Assembly (NCBI GenBank): GCA_040389905.1
Contig: JAZJZK010000041.1
Location: forward strand, 1 to 64,000
Reading direction: 5' to 3'
Source of the DNA: Gemmatimonadota bacterium
GTDB taxonomy: Bacteria; Gemmatimonadota; Gemmatimonadetes; Gemmatimonadales; Gemmatimonadaceae
DNA length: 64,000 bases
Part shown: positions 49,586-60,665 of the stretch, piece by piece
How the letters are laid out: each line of letters starts with the position of its first letter
How positions within the stretch are numbered: position 1 is the stretch's first letter
Notes under the pieces: model-generated
Database searches by the model: none
Told to the model about the DNA's origin: nothing
The model's input: only the letters and a program-made list of their open reading frames with translations
Program-made: the position numbers and the translations under genes

Positions 49586-52042
49586 GTGACAGGGCGCCGC
49601 ATTCTCGTCGGTGCCATTGTCGCGGTGGCGCTCGTGCTCCTCGTGGGCCGTTGGAGCGCATCGCTCTATGCCGATTTCCTCTGGTTCGACGCGCTGGGGG
49701 CCCGCGAAGTCTGGCAAGCGAAGGTCGTCGCGACCGGCATACTGACGCTGCTGTCGTTTCTCGCCGCGTCGTCCTTCGCGTTCATCAACCTGTTCGCCGT
49801 TCGGCGGTCGGTGGTGTCGCTCGTGCTTCCGCGGCGCATCGCGAACATCGAGATCGGTGAGGAAGTCCCCGGCAAGTATCTCGTCGCGGCGGTCGTCGCA
49901 ATGTCCGTGGTGCTCGGTGCGGCCATGACCTTTCCGGGAGATCAGTGGCACGCAGCGCTGCTGGCCCGAATCGGGCGCTCATTCGGCGAACTGGACCCCT
50001 ATCTCGACGAAGATGTGGGATTCTTCGTCTATCGGTTGCCGTTCGAAGAGGCCGTCCACATGTGGGCGGTCGCCGTACTGGTCGTCGTGTCGATCCTCGT
50101 GATCCTGCTCTACGCCCTCACGCCGAGCCTGCGTTGGGAGCGCGGGTCACTCTATGTGTCGGCCTACGTGCGGCGTCACTTCACCATGCTCGGCGCCGTT
50201 CTGCTCCTCGTGCTCGCGTGGAGCTATCGCCTCTCGATGTATCGATTGCTGTCCTTCGGGAGTGGACCCGCCGGCATCTTCACCCTCGTCGATCACCATG
50301 CGCTGATTCCGGCGACACTGCTCCTTTCCGTGGTAGCGCTGTGTGCGGCGGTCGTTGTCGCGTGGGCGGGTTGGACGGGCCAGACTCGGCTCGCCTTTTT
50401 CGCGGTGAGTGCCGTCCTCGTCCTGTCGCTCATGTCGCGTACGATCGCTCCCCTGGCCGTACGCCGTTCCGTCGATGCCGCCGATCAGCGGCGACAAGAA
50501 TTGAGCTACATGAGCACGCGACTCACCTTCACCCGTCGGGCGTACGGTGTGGATCGCATGCGTGCCGAATCACTTGGTACCGGCTTCGCTAACGCCGCCG
50601 ATGTCGCGACGCGCCTCGCAGTCTGGGACGGAGGCTCACTCGGCAGGGCCGCCGAGCGGTTGCGGCACGTGCGGATTCTCGGCGACGGGCCCGCGTGGGA
50701 AGCGACGCCGAGCGGAATCACCGCGGCACTCGTGGAGAATGGCACGGAGGGTAATCCGGAATCACGCGACGTCTGGAATATTTCGCGCTTCGATGCCTCG
50801 TCCGCAGACGATCACGGACTGCCGTTGCGCGCGCTCCCGCCGCTCGTATCATCGGAGGACATCAACGGTGGAGAGCCGGCCGTCTACGACGCAGCCCCGA
50901 GCTACAGCGTGCTGTCCGACTCCGCTCGTCAGTTGGCTGGCGTGGAGATGGTGTCGACGCGGTCGCGCCTGATGCATGCATGGAGCCTTCAAAACTTCCG
51001 GCTGCTTTTCGGCGATCTTCCCGCGAATCGGCCGGTCATGGTGCAACGACGTGACGTTCGCGAGCGAATCGCGGCGATCACGCCGTTCTTCGTCCAGGGC
51101 AGCGAAGTCGTTCCCGTGATTGCGAGCGACACGCTCTACTGGATCGTGGAGCTCTACTCCGCCTCTGTCCGATATCCGCTGGCGCAACGCTTTACGGTGC
51201 TTGGTGAGGAGCGTGGGTACTTCCAGCATGCCGCCACGGCGATCGTGCATGCCCCGTCGGGACACGTCCGCATCGTGAATGGGACGAATCCGGATCCCGT
51301 CGCCATGAGCTGGATTGGCCGCTTTCCGCATTTGTTCCGTCCGTCTAGTTCAGTTGCCCCTGCGCTGAGGGCGGCGTTGCCGCCGATCACTGATGCAGCA
51401 CGAACTCAGGCGCTCGCCTTCGCCGTCGCCGGTTTTCGCGGCGACAACCTCGAAGCGCGTCACATCGCGGCACTCGATGGGGCAGATTCAGCGTCGTCCC
51501 GCGAGCCATCGCATGCGATGATTCCCTCGATTCCCGGAGTGTCGGCGTTCTGGCCGCTCCTCGATTCGACCGATCGAGTGCGTGGGCTCGTCGTGGCCAC
51601 CGGTGGTGCGGCGCGCGTGACGTCCTGGTTGCCCATGGCGAGCGACGGGAATCGCTGGAGTGCCGTCCTCGACCGAATGCGTGCCATCGACTCCGCCGTC
51701 CATGAACCGAACTGGGTTCGCGCGCCCCTCCGGGTCGTGCCGGCCGACGGCCAGCCGCTCTACGTGCAGCCGACCTTCCAATCGCGGCCAGGATTCTCGC
51801 CCTCGCTGGCGCGCGTTACCGTTTTTCGGGCGGACAGCCTGCACGTGGGCCCGACGCTCGCAACCGCACTGGGAGCGGCGCCCAATAGCGCAGGCCGCGA
51901 GCCCGGCAGCGCCCCCGATCTGCGGTTGCGCGCCGATAGTCTGTACCGCGTCATGCGCGAGGCGATGACACGGGGCGACTGGACCACATTCGGGCGCGCG
52001 TTCGATGCGCTGGGATTGGCGTTGCGCGTCACGCCGCGGTGA
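49586..52042 (+). CDS. UPF0182 family membrane protein (divergent)
   Basis: YADFLWF, DPYLDEDVGFFVYRLPF, RDVRERIAAITPF, LYWIVELY, GDWTTFG; several N-terminal TMs. Confidence 0.8.
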   Translation: MTGRRILVGAIVAVALVLLVGRWSASLYADFLWFDALGAREVWQAKVVATGILTLLSFLAASSFAFINLFAVRRSVVSLVLPRRIANIEIGEEVPGKYLVAAVVAMSVVLGAAMTFPGDQWHAALLARIGRSFGELDPYLDEDVGFFVYRLPFEEAVHMWAVAVLVVVSILVILLYALTPSLRWERGSLYVSAYVRRHFTMLGAVLLLVLAWSYRLSMYRLLSFGSGPAGIFTLVDHHALIPATLLLSVVALCAAVVVAWAGWTGQTRLAFFAVSAVLVLSLMSRTIAPLAVRRSVDAADQRRQELSYMSTRLTFTRRAYGVDRMRAESLGTGFANAADVATRLAVWDGGSLGRAAERLRHVRILGDGPAWEATPSGITAALVENGTEGNPESRDVWNISRFDASSADDHGLPLRALPPLVSSEDINGGEPAVYDAAPSYSVLSDSARQLAGVEMVSTRSRLMHAWSLQNFRLLFGDLPANRPVMVQRRDVRERIAAITPFFVQGSEVVPVIASDTLYWIVELYSASVRYPLAQRFTVLGEERGYFQHAATAIVHAPSGHVRIVNGTNPDPVAMSWIGRFPHLFRPSSSVAPALRAALPPITDAARTQALAFAVAGFRGDNLEARHIAALDGADSASSREPSHAMIPSIPGVSAFWPLLDSTDRVRGLVVATGGAARVTSWLPMASDGNRWSAVLDRMRAIDSAVHEPNWVRAPLRVVPADGQPLYVQPTFQSRPGFSPSLARVTVFRADSLHVGPTLATALGAAPNSAGREPGSAPDLRLRADSLYRVMREAMTRGDWTTFGRAFDALGLALRVTPR

Positions 52043-52105
52043 GCTTGCCCGTGCTCTCGGTGAGGTCTAGCTTGTGTCCATCGAGAGCGGAACAGCAAAC
52101 GAATG

Positions 52106-52177
52106 AACCACAGAGGTCACAGAGGACGCAGAGGACTGCATACGTCGTCCTCTGTGTCCTCCGTGACCTCTGTGGTT
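52106..52177. repeat. CACAGAG 9-bp-periodic inverted-repeat element
   Basis: AACCACAGAGGTCACAGAGGACGCAGAGGAC and GTCCTCTGTGTCCTCCGTGACCTCTGTGGTT; 31-bp arms, 2 mismatches. Confidence 0.8.
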
Positions 52178-52263
52178 AATGCTTTTTGGTTTGTGGTTGC
52201 ATCCCGAGCAATTGCCGGGGTGCATGGAAACTGAATGACCATCGAAGCGGAGAAGCGAATCCC

Positions 52264-53409
52264 GTGAACATTCACGAATATCAGGCGAAGGACATTCTGC
52301 GCGCCGAAGGCGTCCCGATTCCCGCAGGCGAGGTCGCGACGACCGCCGAGGAGGCGGAGGCGATTGCGACCAAGTTCGGCGGCATGGTTGTCGTCAAGGC
52401 GCAGGTGCACGCCGGCGGCCGAGGAAAGGCGGGCGGTGTCAAGCTTGCCAAGACGCCAGCCGAAGCGAAGGAAATCGCTGGAAAGATCCTCGGGATGCAG
52501 ATCAAGGGGCTCACGGTCTACAAGGTGCTCGTCACTGCCGCCGCCGACATCGCGAGCGAGGCGTATGTCGGCATCATTCTCGATCGCGCCACGAAGAAGC
52601 CGGTGTTCATGGTGAGCCCGGCCGGTGGCATCGACATCGAGGAAGTTGCCGCGACGACCCCGGAGAAGATCCTCAAGCTCCCCGTCGACACGCGATACGG
52701 GCTCCAACCGTATCAGGCCTCGGAGCTTGGCTTCTTCCTGTTCGACGACATCAAGAAGGTGCGCGCCGCTTCGAAGATCATGATGGCGTTGTACCAGGCG
52801 TTCATGAAAAGCGGTGCCTCGCTCGCCGAGATCAACCCGCTCGTCGTCACCCCGGCGGGAGAGGTCATCGCGCTCGACGCCAAGATCTCCATCGACGACA
52901 ATGAGCTCGATCGTCATCCCGAGCTCGCAGCGTTGCGCGATGAAACAGCGGAAGAGCCGAGCGAGGTGGATGCGCGCAACTCGCACCTCACCTTCATCAA
53001 GCTCGACGGCGACGTCGGCTGCGTCGTCAACGGCGCGGGGCTCGCGATGGCCACGATGGACCTTGTGAAGTACTACGGCGGCGAGCCGGCCAACTTCCTC
53101 GATATCGGCGGGTCGTCGAATCCGGAGAAGGTCGTGAACGCGCTGCGCATCATTACCGCCGATCCGAGCGTGAAGGCGATCCTGTTCAACATCTTCGGCG
53201 GCATCACGCGCACTGACGACGTGGCGAACGGTATCGTCACGGCGACGAAGGCCAATCCGCTGAAGATCCCGATTGTCATTCGACTGACGGGCACCAACGA
53301 AGAGATTGCGATGAAGATTCTGACGGAGAACGGATTCAGCGCGTCGTCCGACATGGACGAAGCGGTCAAGAAGGCTGTCGAGCTCGCGAAGGGAGGGAAG
53401 GCAGCGTGA
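52264..53409 (+). CDS. sucC: Succinyl-CoA synthetase beta subunit
   Basis: [45 protein letters not shown] start. Confidence 0.97.
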   Translation: MNIHEYQAKDILRAEGVPIPAGEVATTAEEAEAIATKFGGMVVVKAQVHAGGRGKAGGVKLAKTPAEAKEIAGKILGMQIKGLTVYKVLVTAAADIASEAYVGIILDRATKKPVFMVSPAGGIDIEEVAATTPEKILKLPVDTRYGLQPYQASELGFFLFDDIKKVRAASKIMMALYQAFMKSGASLAEINPLVVTPAGEVIALDAKISIDDNELDRHPELAALRDETAEEPSEVDARNSHLTFIKLDGDVGCVVNGAGLAMATMDLVKYYGGEPANFLDIGGSSNPEKVVNALRIITADPSVKAILFNIFGGITRTDDVANGIVTATKANPLKIPIVIRLTGTNEEIAMKILTENGFSASSDMDEAVKKAVELAKGGKAA

Positions 53410-54275
53410 GCATCTTCATCGACAACTCGACGACGCTGATCGTGCAGGGCATCACCGGACGCGATGGCGGGTTCCATACGAAGCAGATGATCGAGTACGG
53501 CACGAAGGTCGTCGGTGGCGTGACGCCGGGGAAAGGCGGCCAGACCTTCGAAAACAGCGTGCCCGTATTCAACACCGTGCATGAGGCGGTTCAGAAGACG
53601 GGCGCGAACACGTCGGTCATCTACGTTCCGCCGATGTATGCGGCGGACGCCATGATGGAAGCGGCGGACGCGGGCATCAAGTTCATCGTCTGCATCACCG
53701 AAGGCGTGCCCGTGCTCGACATGACGCGCGTCTACCCCTTCGTGAAGGAGAAGGGTGCGCGGCTCCTCGGACCGAACTGTCCGGGCCTCATCACGCCGGG
53801 CCAGAGCAAGGTCGGCATCATTCCCGGGCGCATCTGCACGCCGGGCAACATCGGCGTTGTGAGCCGCTCCGGAACGCTGACGTATGAAATCGTCTACCAG
53901 CTCACCCGCGCGGGAATGGGGCAGAGTAGCTGCGTCGGTATCGGTGGCGATCCGATCAACGGCACGAACTTCATCGATTGCCTCGAGGCATTCGAGAAGG
54001 ATCCGCAGACGAAGGCCGTCGCCATGATGGGCGAGATTGGTGGCACGGACGAGCAGGAAGCGGCGGAGTTCGTCGCGAAGCACATGACGAAGCCCGTGGT
54101 GGGGTTCATTGCGGGACAGACTGCACCTCCGGGGCGCCGCATGGGTCACGCTGGCGCCATCATTTCCGGATCCGCGGGAACGGCCGCTGAAAAGATCGAG
54201 TCCTTCGAGAAGGCGGGCATGGGCGTCGCCAAGCGTCCGATCGACTTCGTCGCGCTGCTCCAAGCCCGCATGTGA
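53406..54275 (+). CDS. sucD: Succinyl-CoA synthetase alpha subunit
   Basis: [27 protein letters not shown]. Confidence 0.97.
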   Translation: MSIFIDNSTTLIVQGITGRDGGFHTKQMIEYGTKVVGGVTPGKGGQTFENSVPVFNTVHEAVQKTGANTSVIYVPPMYAADAMMEAADAGIKFIVCITEGVPVLDMTRVYPFVKEKGARLLGPNCPGLITPGQSKVGIIPGRICTPGNIGVVSRSGTLTYEIVYQLTRAGMGQSSCVGIGGDPINGTNFIDCLEAFEKDPQTKAVAMMGEIGGTDEQEAAEFVAKHMTKPVVGFIAGQTAPPGRRMGHAGAIISGSAGTAAEKIESFEKAGMGVAKRPIDFVALLQARM

Positions 54276-54285
54276 GAACCCAGTT

Positions 54286-55173
54286 GTGAGGCTGCGAGAG
54301 TTTCTCGCGCCGGAGCGCGCGGTCGTCGGATTGGCCGCGCGCACACTTCAGGTCGCGTCCGATGCCTTGTTGGACCGCCTGGCGAGCGCACACGGCGTCC
54401 TTGACGAAGCCAAGCTGCGACGAAAGCTCTCCACGGCGAAGCCGGAGGACGTCGTGGCCATGGGCGATCGGGCCTTCCTCGTCCACTTTCGCACGGATGC
54501 GGTCGGCCAACTCCTCGTCGCCATCGGTGTGGCGCAGGAACCGATCGTCCAGCGTCTCGCCGATGACGAGGAACGACACGCCCGGATTGTGCTGCTCGTC
54601 GTCACGCCGCCGCGACACGCCGCTCGCTACCTCCAAGTGGTCGGGGCGTTAGCGAGACTGCTCCGTAAGCCCGACGTGCTCGCGACGATTCTCAGCGCTG
54701 AAAGCGCTGAAGGATTGATCGAGCTTCCGTGTTTTTCTGAATACCGATTGCCGGAGCAACTCACCGTGCGCGACGTGATGAGCGAGTCACCGCGAACGGT
54801 GCAGGCGGATAGTTCGCTCCGCGATGCCGCGCGCACGCTCGTGCGCACCGGCCTCGGCGCCTTGCCGGTTGTCGACGCCGACGGCTTCATGCTCGGAATC
54901 GTCAGCGAGCGCGAGATCATCCGAAACCTGCTGGCCGTTCAGGCGTTCACCGGCCCGGACGCGCGAGTGGCTGCGCCCGCGAATGCCGGGTCCAAGACCG
55001 TTCGCGACGCGATGACGCGTCAGGTCCTCTGCGTCGCGCCGGAGCAACCGATCGCCGAAGTGGCATCATTGATGACGAACAAGGACGTAGAGCGAGTTCC
55101 GGTTGTGCGTGAGGGAAGACTGGTCGGTTTCCTGACCAGAGGGGATATTGTGAGGAAGTTGATTGGCACCTGA
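54286..55173 (+). CDS. PTS EIIA(Fru/Ntr)-like domain fused to a CBS-domain pair
   Basis: N-terminal RLREFL..., AFLVHFRT, IVLLVV..YLQVVGALARL; two CBS repeats (TVRDVM..LPVVD..GIVS; TVRDAM..VPVV..GFLT). Confidence 0.8.
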   Translation: MRLREFLAPERAVVGLAARTLQVASDALLDRLASAHGVLDEAKLRRKLSTAKPEDVVAMGDRAFLVHFRTDAVGQLLVAIGVAQEPIVQRLADDEERHARIVLLVVTPPRHAARYLQVVGALARLLRKPDVLATILSAESAEGLIELPCFSEYRLPEQLTVRDVMSESPRTVQADSSLRDAARTLVRTGLGALPVVDADGFMLGIVSEREIIRNLLAVQAFTGPDARVAAPANAGSKTVRDAMTRQVLCVAPEQPIAEVASLMTNKDVERVPVVREGRLVGFLTRGDIVRKLIGT

Positions 55174-55209
55174 TTCGGGCCACGGCCCGCACAACGACGA
55201 GGAATAGAT

Positions 55210-55632
55210 ATGGCTGGCAACTATACACTGACGATCATCAAGCCCGACGCATTCGGCGCCGGCAAGGCCGGAAAGATTATTGCGCTGCTCGAGGAGAAGG
55301 GGTTCTCGATCGTCGCGGCGCGCGCGATGCGCATGACGAACGAGCAGGCGGGGCAGTTCTACGAGGTGCATCGTGAGCGTCCGTTTTACGGTGAACTCGT
55401 CGAGTTCATGACATCCGGCGCGTGCATGCCGATGATTCTTCGTCGTGAGAATGCCGTGCTGGCGCTCCGCGAGGGAATCGGCGCAACTGACCCCGCCGAG
55501 GCTGCGGAGGGCACGGTGCGCAAGCTGTACGCGGAATCAAAGGGACGTAACGCCATTCACGCTTCCGACTCGGACGAGAACGCCGCGCGCGAGGCGCGCT
55601 TCTTCTTTGCCGAGTGCGAGTGGTTGCGCTAG
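55210..55632 (+). CDS. ndk: Nucleoside diphosphate kinase
   Basis: [29 protein letters not shown]. Confidence 0.97.
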   Translation: MAGNYTLTIIKPDAFGAGKAGKIIALLEEKGFSIVAARAMRMTNEQAGQFYEVHRERPFYGELVEFMTSGACMPMILRRENAVLALREGIGATDPAEAAEGTVRKLYAESKGRNAIHASDSDENAAREARFFFAECEWLR

Positions 55633-58600
55633 TCGTACGGTCGAGGAGCCGGCTCGGCCGGTTCCTCGGCTGGTGGTCTGTCGTTGCAGTACTTCTCAGC
55701 ACAGCAGCTGGTACGCTCCGCGCGCAATCCGACGGGACTGGCATGATTCAGGGATTCGTCCGCGACAGTGCGGGGAATCCAATCAGTGACGCGCTCGTCG
55801 TCGTCGCACGCAACGATGGCTCCTATGTGCGCCGATCCACATCCGACATCAAGGGCGTCTATCGCGTCGGGCTGTTGCCTCCCGGACGGTACAACCTCAC
55901 AGCACAGCGCATCGGTTTTCTCCCATTCGGGGCGCGCGACATTGTCGTTGCCGCGAACTCAGTGCGGGCCTACAACGTGACGCTGCGGCACCGCGCCGTT
56001 GATCTCGCAGAAGTTGTGGTCAAGGCCGACGCGCCGATTGCGGAGCAAAAGAGTGCCGAGCTTGGTGCGACGCGCGTGACGAGCGAGGCCATTGCCAAGT
56101 TGCCAGTCGGCGCCGACGTCGAGCGACTCGTGGCGATGGCGCCGGGCGCCCGGGGTTCCAATCTGTGGGGGGCCGCCGGAACCGCCGCGAACAACTATCA
56201 GCTCGACGGCGTGTCGATCATCAATCCGGGAATCGGCGGCGCTTTCGTGCAACCCAGTGTGCGCTGGATCGAGTCGCTCGAGGTCAAGGGGCTGGGCGCC
56301 GATGCCCAGGAGGGCAACTTTCAGGGCGGGCTCGTGAACGTCATCACCAAGACGGGAAGCAACACGCGCCACGCGTCCGTCGAGTTCAACCTCGAAGACC
56401 AGTCGCTCAACGGAACCAACCTCACCCCGACGACGCTCGTTCCGGAGATCGCGGGGCGGCGTCAGTTCATCGGCCAGGTCAGCGGACCGATTGTTCGAGA
56501 CCGGCTTTTCTACTATCTGGGCGGGGAGCTTCTTGCGGGGAACTATCGCTCGCTGGACCACTTGAATACTGACACGTCGTCATACGCACCGTTCACGCAG
56601 ATGCGGACCGACGCCAAGGCATTCGGCAAGCTGACCTTCTCGCCCAACGATCGTGATCTGCTGAACCTGACCGGCACGTATTACAACAGACTGGTCGATC
56701 ACGCCGGCTTCAGTGGTCGCGAAACCGCAGAGGCGACGACGAACTTTCGGGCACCGACCACGCTGTTGAACGCGAGTTGGCAACGTGTCCTGAGCACGGC
56801 GACGACGATCGAGGCGAAGCTCCTTGGCTTTGACGGACGCGAGGCTGACGTCCCCGTCGCAGGTCCGAATGTGCCGGGGATCTACACCTACCAACTGACC
56901 ACGACCCGCTCGTACCAGAACGCCCCGTTCACCATCGAGAAGCACGCTCGGAGCATGGGGGGCAGTTTTGCCGTCGATCACTACACGACGATCTCCGGCG
57001 CATCGCACCATGTTCGCGTGGGCGCCGAGTACAGCAGCGCCACGTGGACGGATCAGCGTACGCGCAACGGCGGCATGACATGGCGGCCGCGATACAACTA
57101 CCTCGATGGCTCGGACAAGACGTTCGACCCCGTGGACGCACTCACGTGGAACACGCAGACGCCAACCACGTGGGGAGGAGAAGTCGATCTCGCGACGCAC
57201 ACACTGAATGCGGCGGCGTATGTGCAGGACGAGATCAAGAAAGGCAACTTGTCGCTTTTCCCCGGCGTGCGAATTGGTTCCTGGCGCGGTGACCTCGACC
57301 CCACGGTGCGCGGCGTCACCACTCGCACGAATGTCCTTTCGGACATAGGTCTCGATCCGCGACTCGGCGTGACGCTTTTTCTTCCCGATCCAGATACACC
57401 GACTCGGCTGGCGGCGCATCTCGGGAGATATCATCAGAGCGCCTTCGGAGAACTGTTCGACCGCGCGCAGGGTGCGAACGCCTATACGGACCAGGAGGTG
57501 TGGGAGTACTCTGGACCCGCATTCAGCAACCCGAACCGCATCATCACCAGGGCGGAGCGCGATGCGCTCGCATCGCAGGGGAAGTTTCGGCAAATCGAGA
57601 ACGTCGTATTGTCGCAGTCCGGGCCGGTGCGGAACTATCATCAGCCGTACGTCGATCAACTGGTCGCAGGCTTCGACGTCCGCCCGAACAGTCATTGGCG
57701 CGCCGAGATGCTCTTCGTCGGGCGCGACAATCACGACATGGTGGCGCTGGTTGACGGAAACATCGCGACGAACTATCGCAAGTGGGACTATGTGAGCGTC
57801 TATGACCGTCGTGGCAATCTCGTCCTCGATTCGGATGGCAAGCCTCTCCTGCTGCGGAGCTTCTATGCACCGAATGACGCGATCGTCGCGACGATTCGCG
57901 CGGCGCTGGCGAATCCCGGTGGCGGTGTGGTCCTTCCGCCTGGTGTAACCCTGAAGGACACCACACTGCGGTTCACGCCGGACTATGCGGTGACGAATCC
58001 GCCCGAGGCCAAGCGCCAGTTTCGCCAGTGGCAGATCACCGTTGACACGGATTTCCCAGCCTGGTCGAATACGGTCTCATTCGCCTTTAGCGGACTGAAT
58101 GGAAACGTCTCCACGGATCTTGGCGGGTACGACCAAGTCAGCATCGGTGGCTTCGAGGCAATTCAGGGGCGTGGTCCGGGTCCCTTCGTTCGCCCGAATG
58201 AAGCGATCAACTTCGAGGGGGGACTCGACAACGCGAGTTTTCTCACGATCAAGGAGCGTCTCCTGTTCGACCTGCCGTTCGATTTCCGCGGTGGAGTCAT
58301 TGGGGAGTACATTTCGGGCGACCAGCTGACACCATCGTTCATCGTTGTGCCGGCGGCGTTCGTCTACAAGGTAGGAAACACCGAATTGTGGCCACTCCTG
58401 ACGCAGGGTGTATCTCGGCAGCGATTCTACACGAAGCAGCAGGGCTCTCTTCGCTATAGTGGACGCACGACGGTCGATGTGCATCTCGAGCGCGCATTCG
58501 TAACCGCGAGTGGGTCACTTACCCTGCTGGTCGATGGGTTCAACGTGTTCGGTGCACGGAATCCGACCCTGTTCAATACCGCATTGAGCTCGGATGCTGA

Positions 58601-58685
58601 TCCCAACTCGCTAACGAAATTCGGAACCCCTCTTGCGCGCCAAGCGCCGCGACAACTGCGGGTAGGGGCTGCATTGAATTGGTAG
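55614..58685 (+). CDS. TonB-dependent receptor with N-terminal carboxypeptidase-regulatory-like domain (Oar-like)
   Basis: Signal peptide ...[40 protein letters not shown]-terminal [11 protein letters not shown]. Start uncertain. Confidence 0.88.
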   Translation: MRVVALVVRSRSRLGRFLGWWSVVAVLLSTAAGTLRAQSDGTGMIQGFVRDSAGNPISDALVVVARNDGSYVRRSTSDIKGVYRVGLLPPGRYNLTAQRIGFLPFGARDIVVAANSVRAYNVTLRHRAVDLAEVVVKADAPIAEQKSAELGATRVTSEAIAKLPVGADVERLVAMAPGARGSNLWGAAGTAANNYQLDGVSIINPGIGGAFVQPSVRWIESLEVKGLGADAQEGNFQGGLVNVITKTGSNTRHASVEFNLEDQSLNGTNLTPTTLVPEIAGRRQFIGQVSGPIVRDRLFYYLGGELLAGNYRSLDHLNTDTSSYAPFTQMRTDAKAFGKLTFSPNDRDLLNLTGTYYNRLVDHAGFSGRETAEATTNFRAPTTLLNASWQRVLSTATTIEAKLLGFDGREADVPVAGPNVPGIYTYQLTTTRSYQNAPFTIEKHARSMGGSFAVDHYTTISGASHHVRVGAEYSSATWTDQRTRNGGMTWRPRYNYLDGSDKTFDPVDALTWNTQTPTTWGGEVDLATHTLNAAAYVQDEIKKGNLSLFPGVRIGSWRGDLDPTVRGVTTRTNVLSDIGLDPRLGVTLFLPDPDTPTRLAAHLGRYHQSAFGELFDRAQGANAYTDQEVWEYSGPAFSNPNRIITRAERDALASQGKFRQIENVVLSQSGPVRNYHQPYVDQLVAGFDVRPNSHWRAEMLFVGRDNHDMVALVDGNIATNYRKWDYVSVYDRRGNLVLDSDGKPLLLRSFYAPNDAIVATIRAALANPGGGVVLPPGVTLKDTTLRFTPDYAVTNPPEAKRQFRQWQITVDTDFPAWSNTVSFAFSGLNGNVSTDLGGYDQVSIGGFEAIQGRGPGPFVRPNEAINFEGGLDNASFLTIKERLLFDLPFDFRGGVIGEYISGDQLTPSFIVVPAAFVYKVGNTELWPLLTQGVSRQRFYTKQQGSLRYSGRTTVDVHLERAFVTASGSLTLLVDGFNVFGARNPTLFNTALSSDADPNSLTKFGTPLARQAPRQLRVGAALNW

Positions 58686-58723
58686 GGCGCGGATTCAAGA
58701 ATTTCCCCAGAAGGCCCCGTTTC

Positions 58724-58811
58724 AGGAGCGGATGGGACAGATGCGACGGAAACCACCAGATCAAGGGATTGACCCGTTAAGTTTCCCGCTGCATCCGTTC
58801 AATCTGCTCCT
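58724..58811. repeat. Degenerate CGGAT/CAGAT-periodic inverted-repeat element
   Basis: AGGAGCGGATGGGACAGATGCGACGG vs reverse complement of the right arm, AGGAGCAGATTGAACGGATGCAGCGG. Confidence 0.55.
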
Positions 58812-58920
58812 CAAATATTCACTGGGCCGCTGGGGGATCAGGCATTGGGCGGCGCGACCCGTAACTATCCGTGGCAAACGGACTTGTGAAGAGCCATTGT
58901 GAGCAGTAATTTACTTGGCT

Positions 58921-59400
58921 ATGCTGTCCTTTGACATTCGGTCACTCACCGAGCATGCCGTCGTCGTTGACGACACTTTGTCGGCCGATGATCCGGTGTG
59001 GGAGGAGGGGGATCCGAAGCCGTCGGAGCCGCTCCACGTACGGGGGCGATTGTCGTCGGCCGGGCCGGGCCGGTTCTATTGGCATGGCTCAATCGAAGGG
59101 GATGTTGCATTGGAGTGCAGCCGCTGTCTCGGCTCAGCCGGTGCCCATGTCTCCGACGAGGCGCATCTCATCTTCGCAGAAGCGGGGACCGAGGGCGTCG
59201 AAGATGATCCTGATGTGTTTCTGCTCGACGACCGAAAGCCGGACCTCGATCTCCGGCCCGCCCTTCGAGAGCAGTGGTTGTTGAACGTTCCAGGCTACGC
59301 GTTGTGCCGGGAAGATTGTAAAGGGTTGTGTCCTAGCTGCGGTGCCGAGCTCAACCTCGGTCCATGCGATTGTAACTCAACGGCAGATTCTCGCGCTTGA
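58921..59400 (+). CDS. yceD: DUF177/YceD family protein
   Basis: ECSRCL, LCREDCKGLCPSCG; immediately upstream of rpmF. Confidence 0.92.
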   Translation: MLSFDIRSLTEHAVVVDDTLSADDPVWEEGDPKPSEPLHVRGRLSSAGPGRFYWHGSIEGDVALECSRCLGSAGAHVSDEAHLIFAEAGTEGVEDDPDVFLLDDRKPDLDLRPALREQWLLNVPGYALCREDCKGLCPSCGAELNLGPCDCNSTADSRA

Positions 59401-59463
59401 GTCGCTCCGTAGCAGTCCGGACAAAGCCGATCCCCCGGTTCTTATCCTTATTCCGACCAGACA

Positions 59464-59646
59464 ATGGCCGTCCCGAAGCGCAGAACCAGTAAGCGAAAGA
59501 AGCGCGCCCGCAACACGCACAAGACCGCGCCGGCAATCGCAATTCAGAAGTGTCCGCGGTGCCAGGCGATGAAGCGTCCGCACCATGTGTGTGCCGAGTG
59601 CGGCTATTACGCCGGTGAACAGCGAGTAGCGGCCAAGGAAGCCTGA
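59464..59646 (+). CDS. rpmF: 50S ribosomal protein L32
   Basis: MAVPKRRTSK, CPRC..HHVCAECGYY. Confidence 0.97.
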   Translation: MAVPKRRTSKRKKRARNTHKTAPAIAIQKCPRCQAMKRPHHVCAECGYYAGEQRVAAKEA

Positions 59647-59648
59647 CC

Positions 59649-60665
59649 TTGGCGCGGATCGCGTTGGACGCCATGGGGGGTGATTTTGCCCCTCAGGCGA
59701 CCGTAGCCGGTGCGTTGCTCGCGCTCGCTGAGCTCGATCCCGTTCATACCATCCAACTCGTCGGCCGAACCGCCGTCGTAGAGGCGCAGTTGCGCGACCT
59801 CCTCGACGGCGAATTGTCGACCCATGCATCGCACCGCGACCGCCTGTCCATCGTCGAGGCGCCAGACGTCATCGAGATGACCGACAAGCCCAGCGGTGTG
59901 CGCGGGAAGCCAAACAGCTCCATGATGGTCGGACTGCGGCTCCAGCAGGAGACCAAGTCCGACGCGTTCGTCTCGGCCGGAAGCACAGGCGCGCAGATGG
60001 CTGCGTCGATGCTGCTGCTCCGGCTGCACGCCGGTCTCAAGCGCCCGGCGATCGCCACCTTTTTCCCCACCCTCGGCAACACCATCGTGGTGCTCGATTC
60101 GGGCGCCAACGTCGATTGCTCGCCCGAAGAGCTCGTCCAGTTCGCGCGCCTTGGCGCCACCTATGCCCAGTGCGTGATGGGTCGCGAGAACCCTGCCGTC
60201 GGGCTGCTGAGCATTGGCGAGGAGGCGGAAAAGGGAAATGCCGTTACCAAGGACGCGCACCAACTCCTCCGTCAATCGGGGCTCAATTTCGTAGGCAACG
60301 TGGAAGGCCGCGACATACCAGCCGGCCGCACCGAACATCATGCGCTCGACGTCGTCGTCTGCGACGGTTTTGTCGGGAACGTGCTGCTCAAGTTCTACGA
60401 AGCGATCGCGCCGCTCATGATCGAGACGCTGCGCAAGGCCGGCGTCGATGGCGACCAGCTCGAATCGGGCCTCAAGCACCTCGATTACTCGGAGCACGGT
60501 GGTGCCCCGTTGCTCGGGGTGCGCGGTGTGAGCATCATCGCGCACGGTAAATCCTCGTCGCGCGCAATCAAGAATGCGCTCAAGGCCGCGGCACAGGCGG
60601 TCACCAGCGGAATGAATGACCTCATTGGCGAGCGGCTGACCGCCGCCGAAGAGAACGCGGCGTGA
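59649..60665 (+). CDS. plsX: Phosphate acyltransferase PlsX
   Basis: IALDAMGGDFAP, SAGSTGA, LDSGAN, DGFVGN, GGAPLLGV, HGKS. Confidence 0.97.
   Translation: MARIALDAMGGDFAPQATVAGALLALAELDPVHTIQLVGRTAVVEAQLRDLLDGELSTHASHRDRLSIVEAPDVIEMTDKPSGVRGKPNSSMMVGLRLQQETKSDAFVSAGSTGAQMAASMLLLRLHAGLKRPAIATFFPTLGNTIVVLDSGANVDCSPEELVQFARLGATYAQCVMGRENPAVGLLSIGEEAEKGNAVTKDAHQLLRQSGLNFVGNVEGRDIPAGRTEHHALDVVVCDGFVGNVLLKFYEAIAPLMIETLRKAGVDGDQLESGLKHLDYSEHGGAPLLGVRGVSIIAHGKSSSRAIKNALKAAAQAVTSGMNDLIGERLTAAEENAA

Noticed and set aside
55614..58685. TonB-dependent receptor as a mobile insertion into the ndk-yceD region
   Set aside because: No integrase, direct repeats or clear compositional break seen; treated as an ordinary gene.
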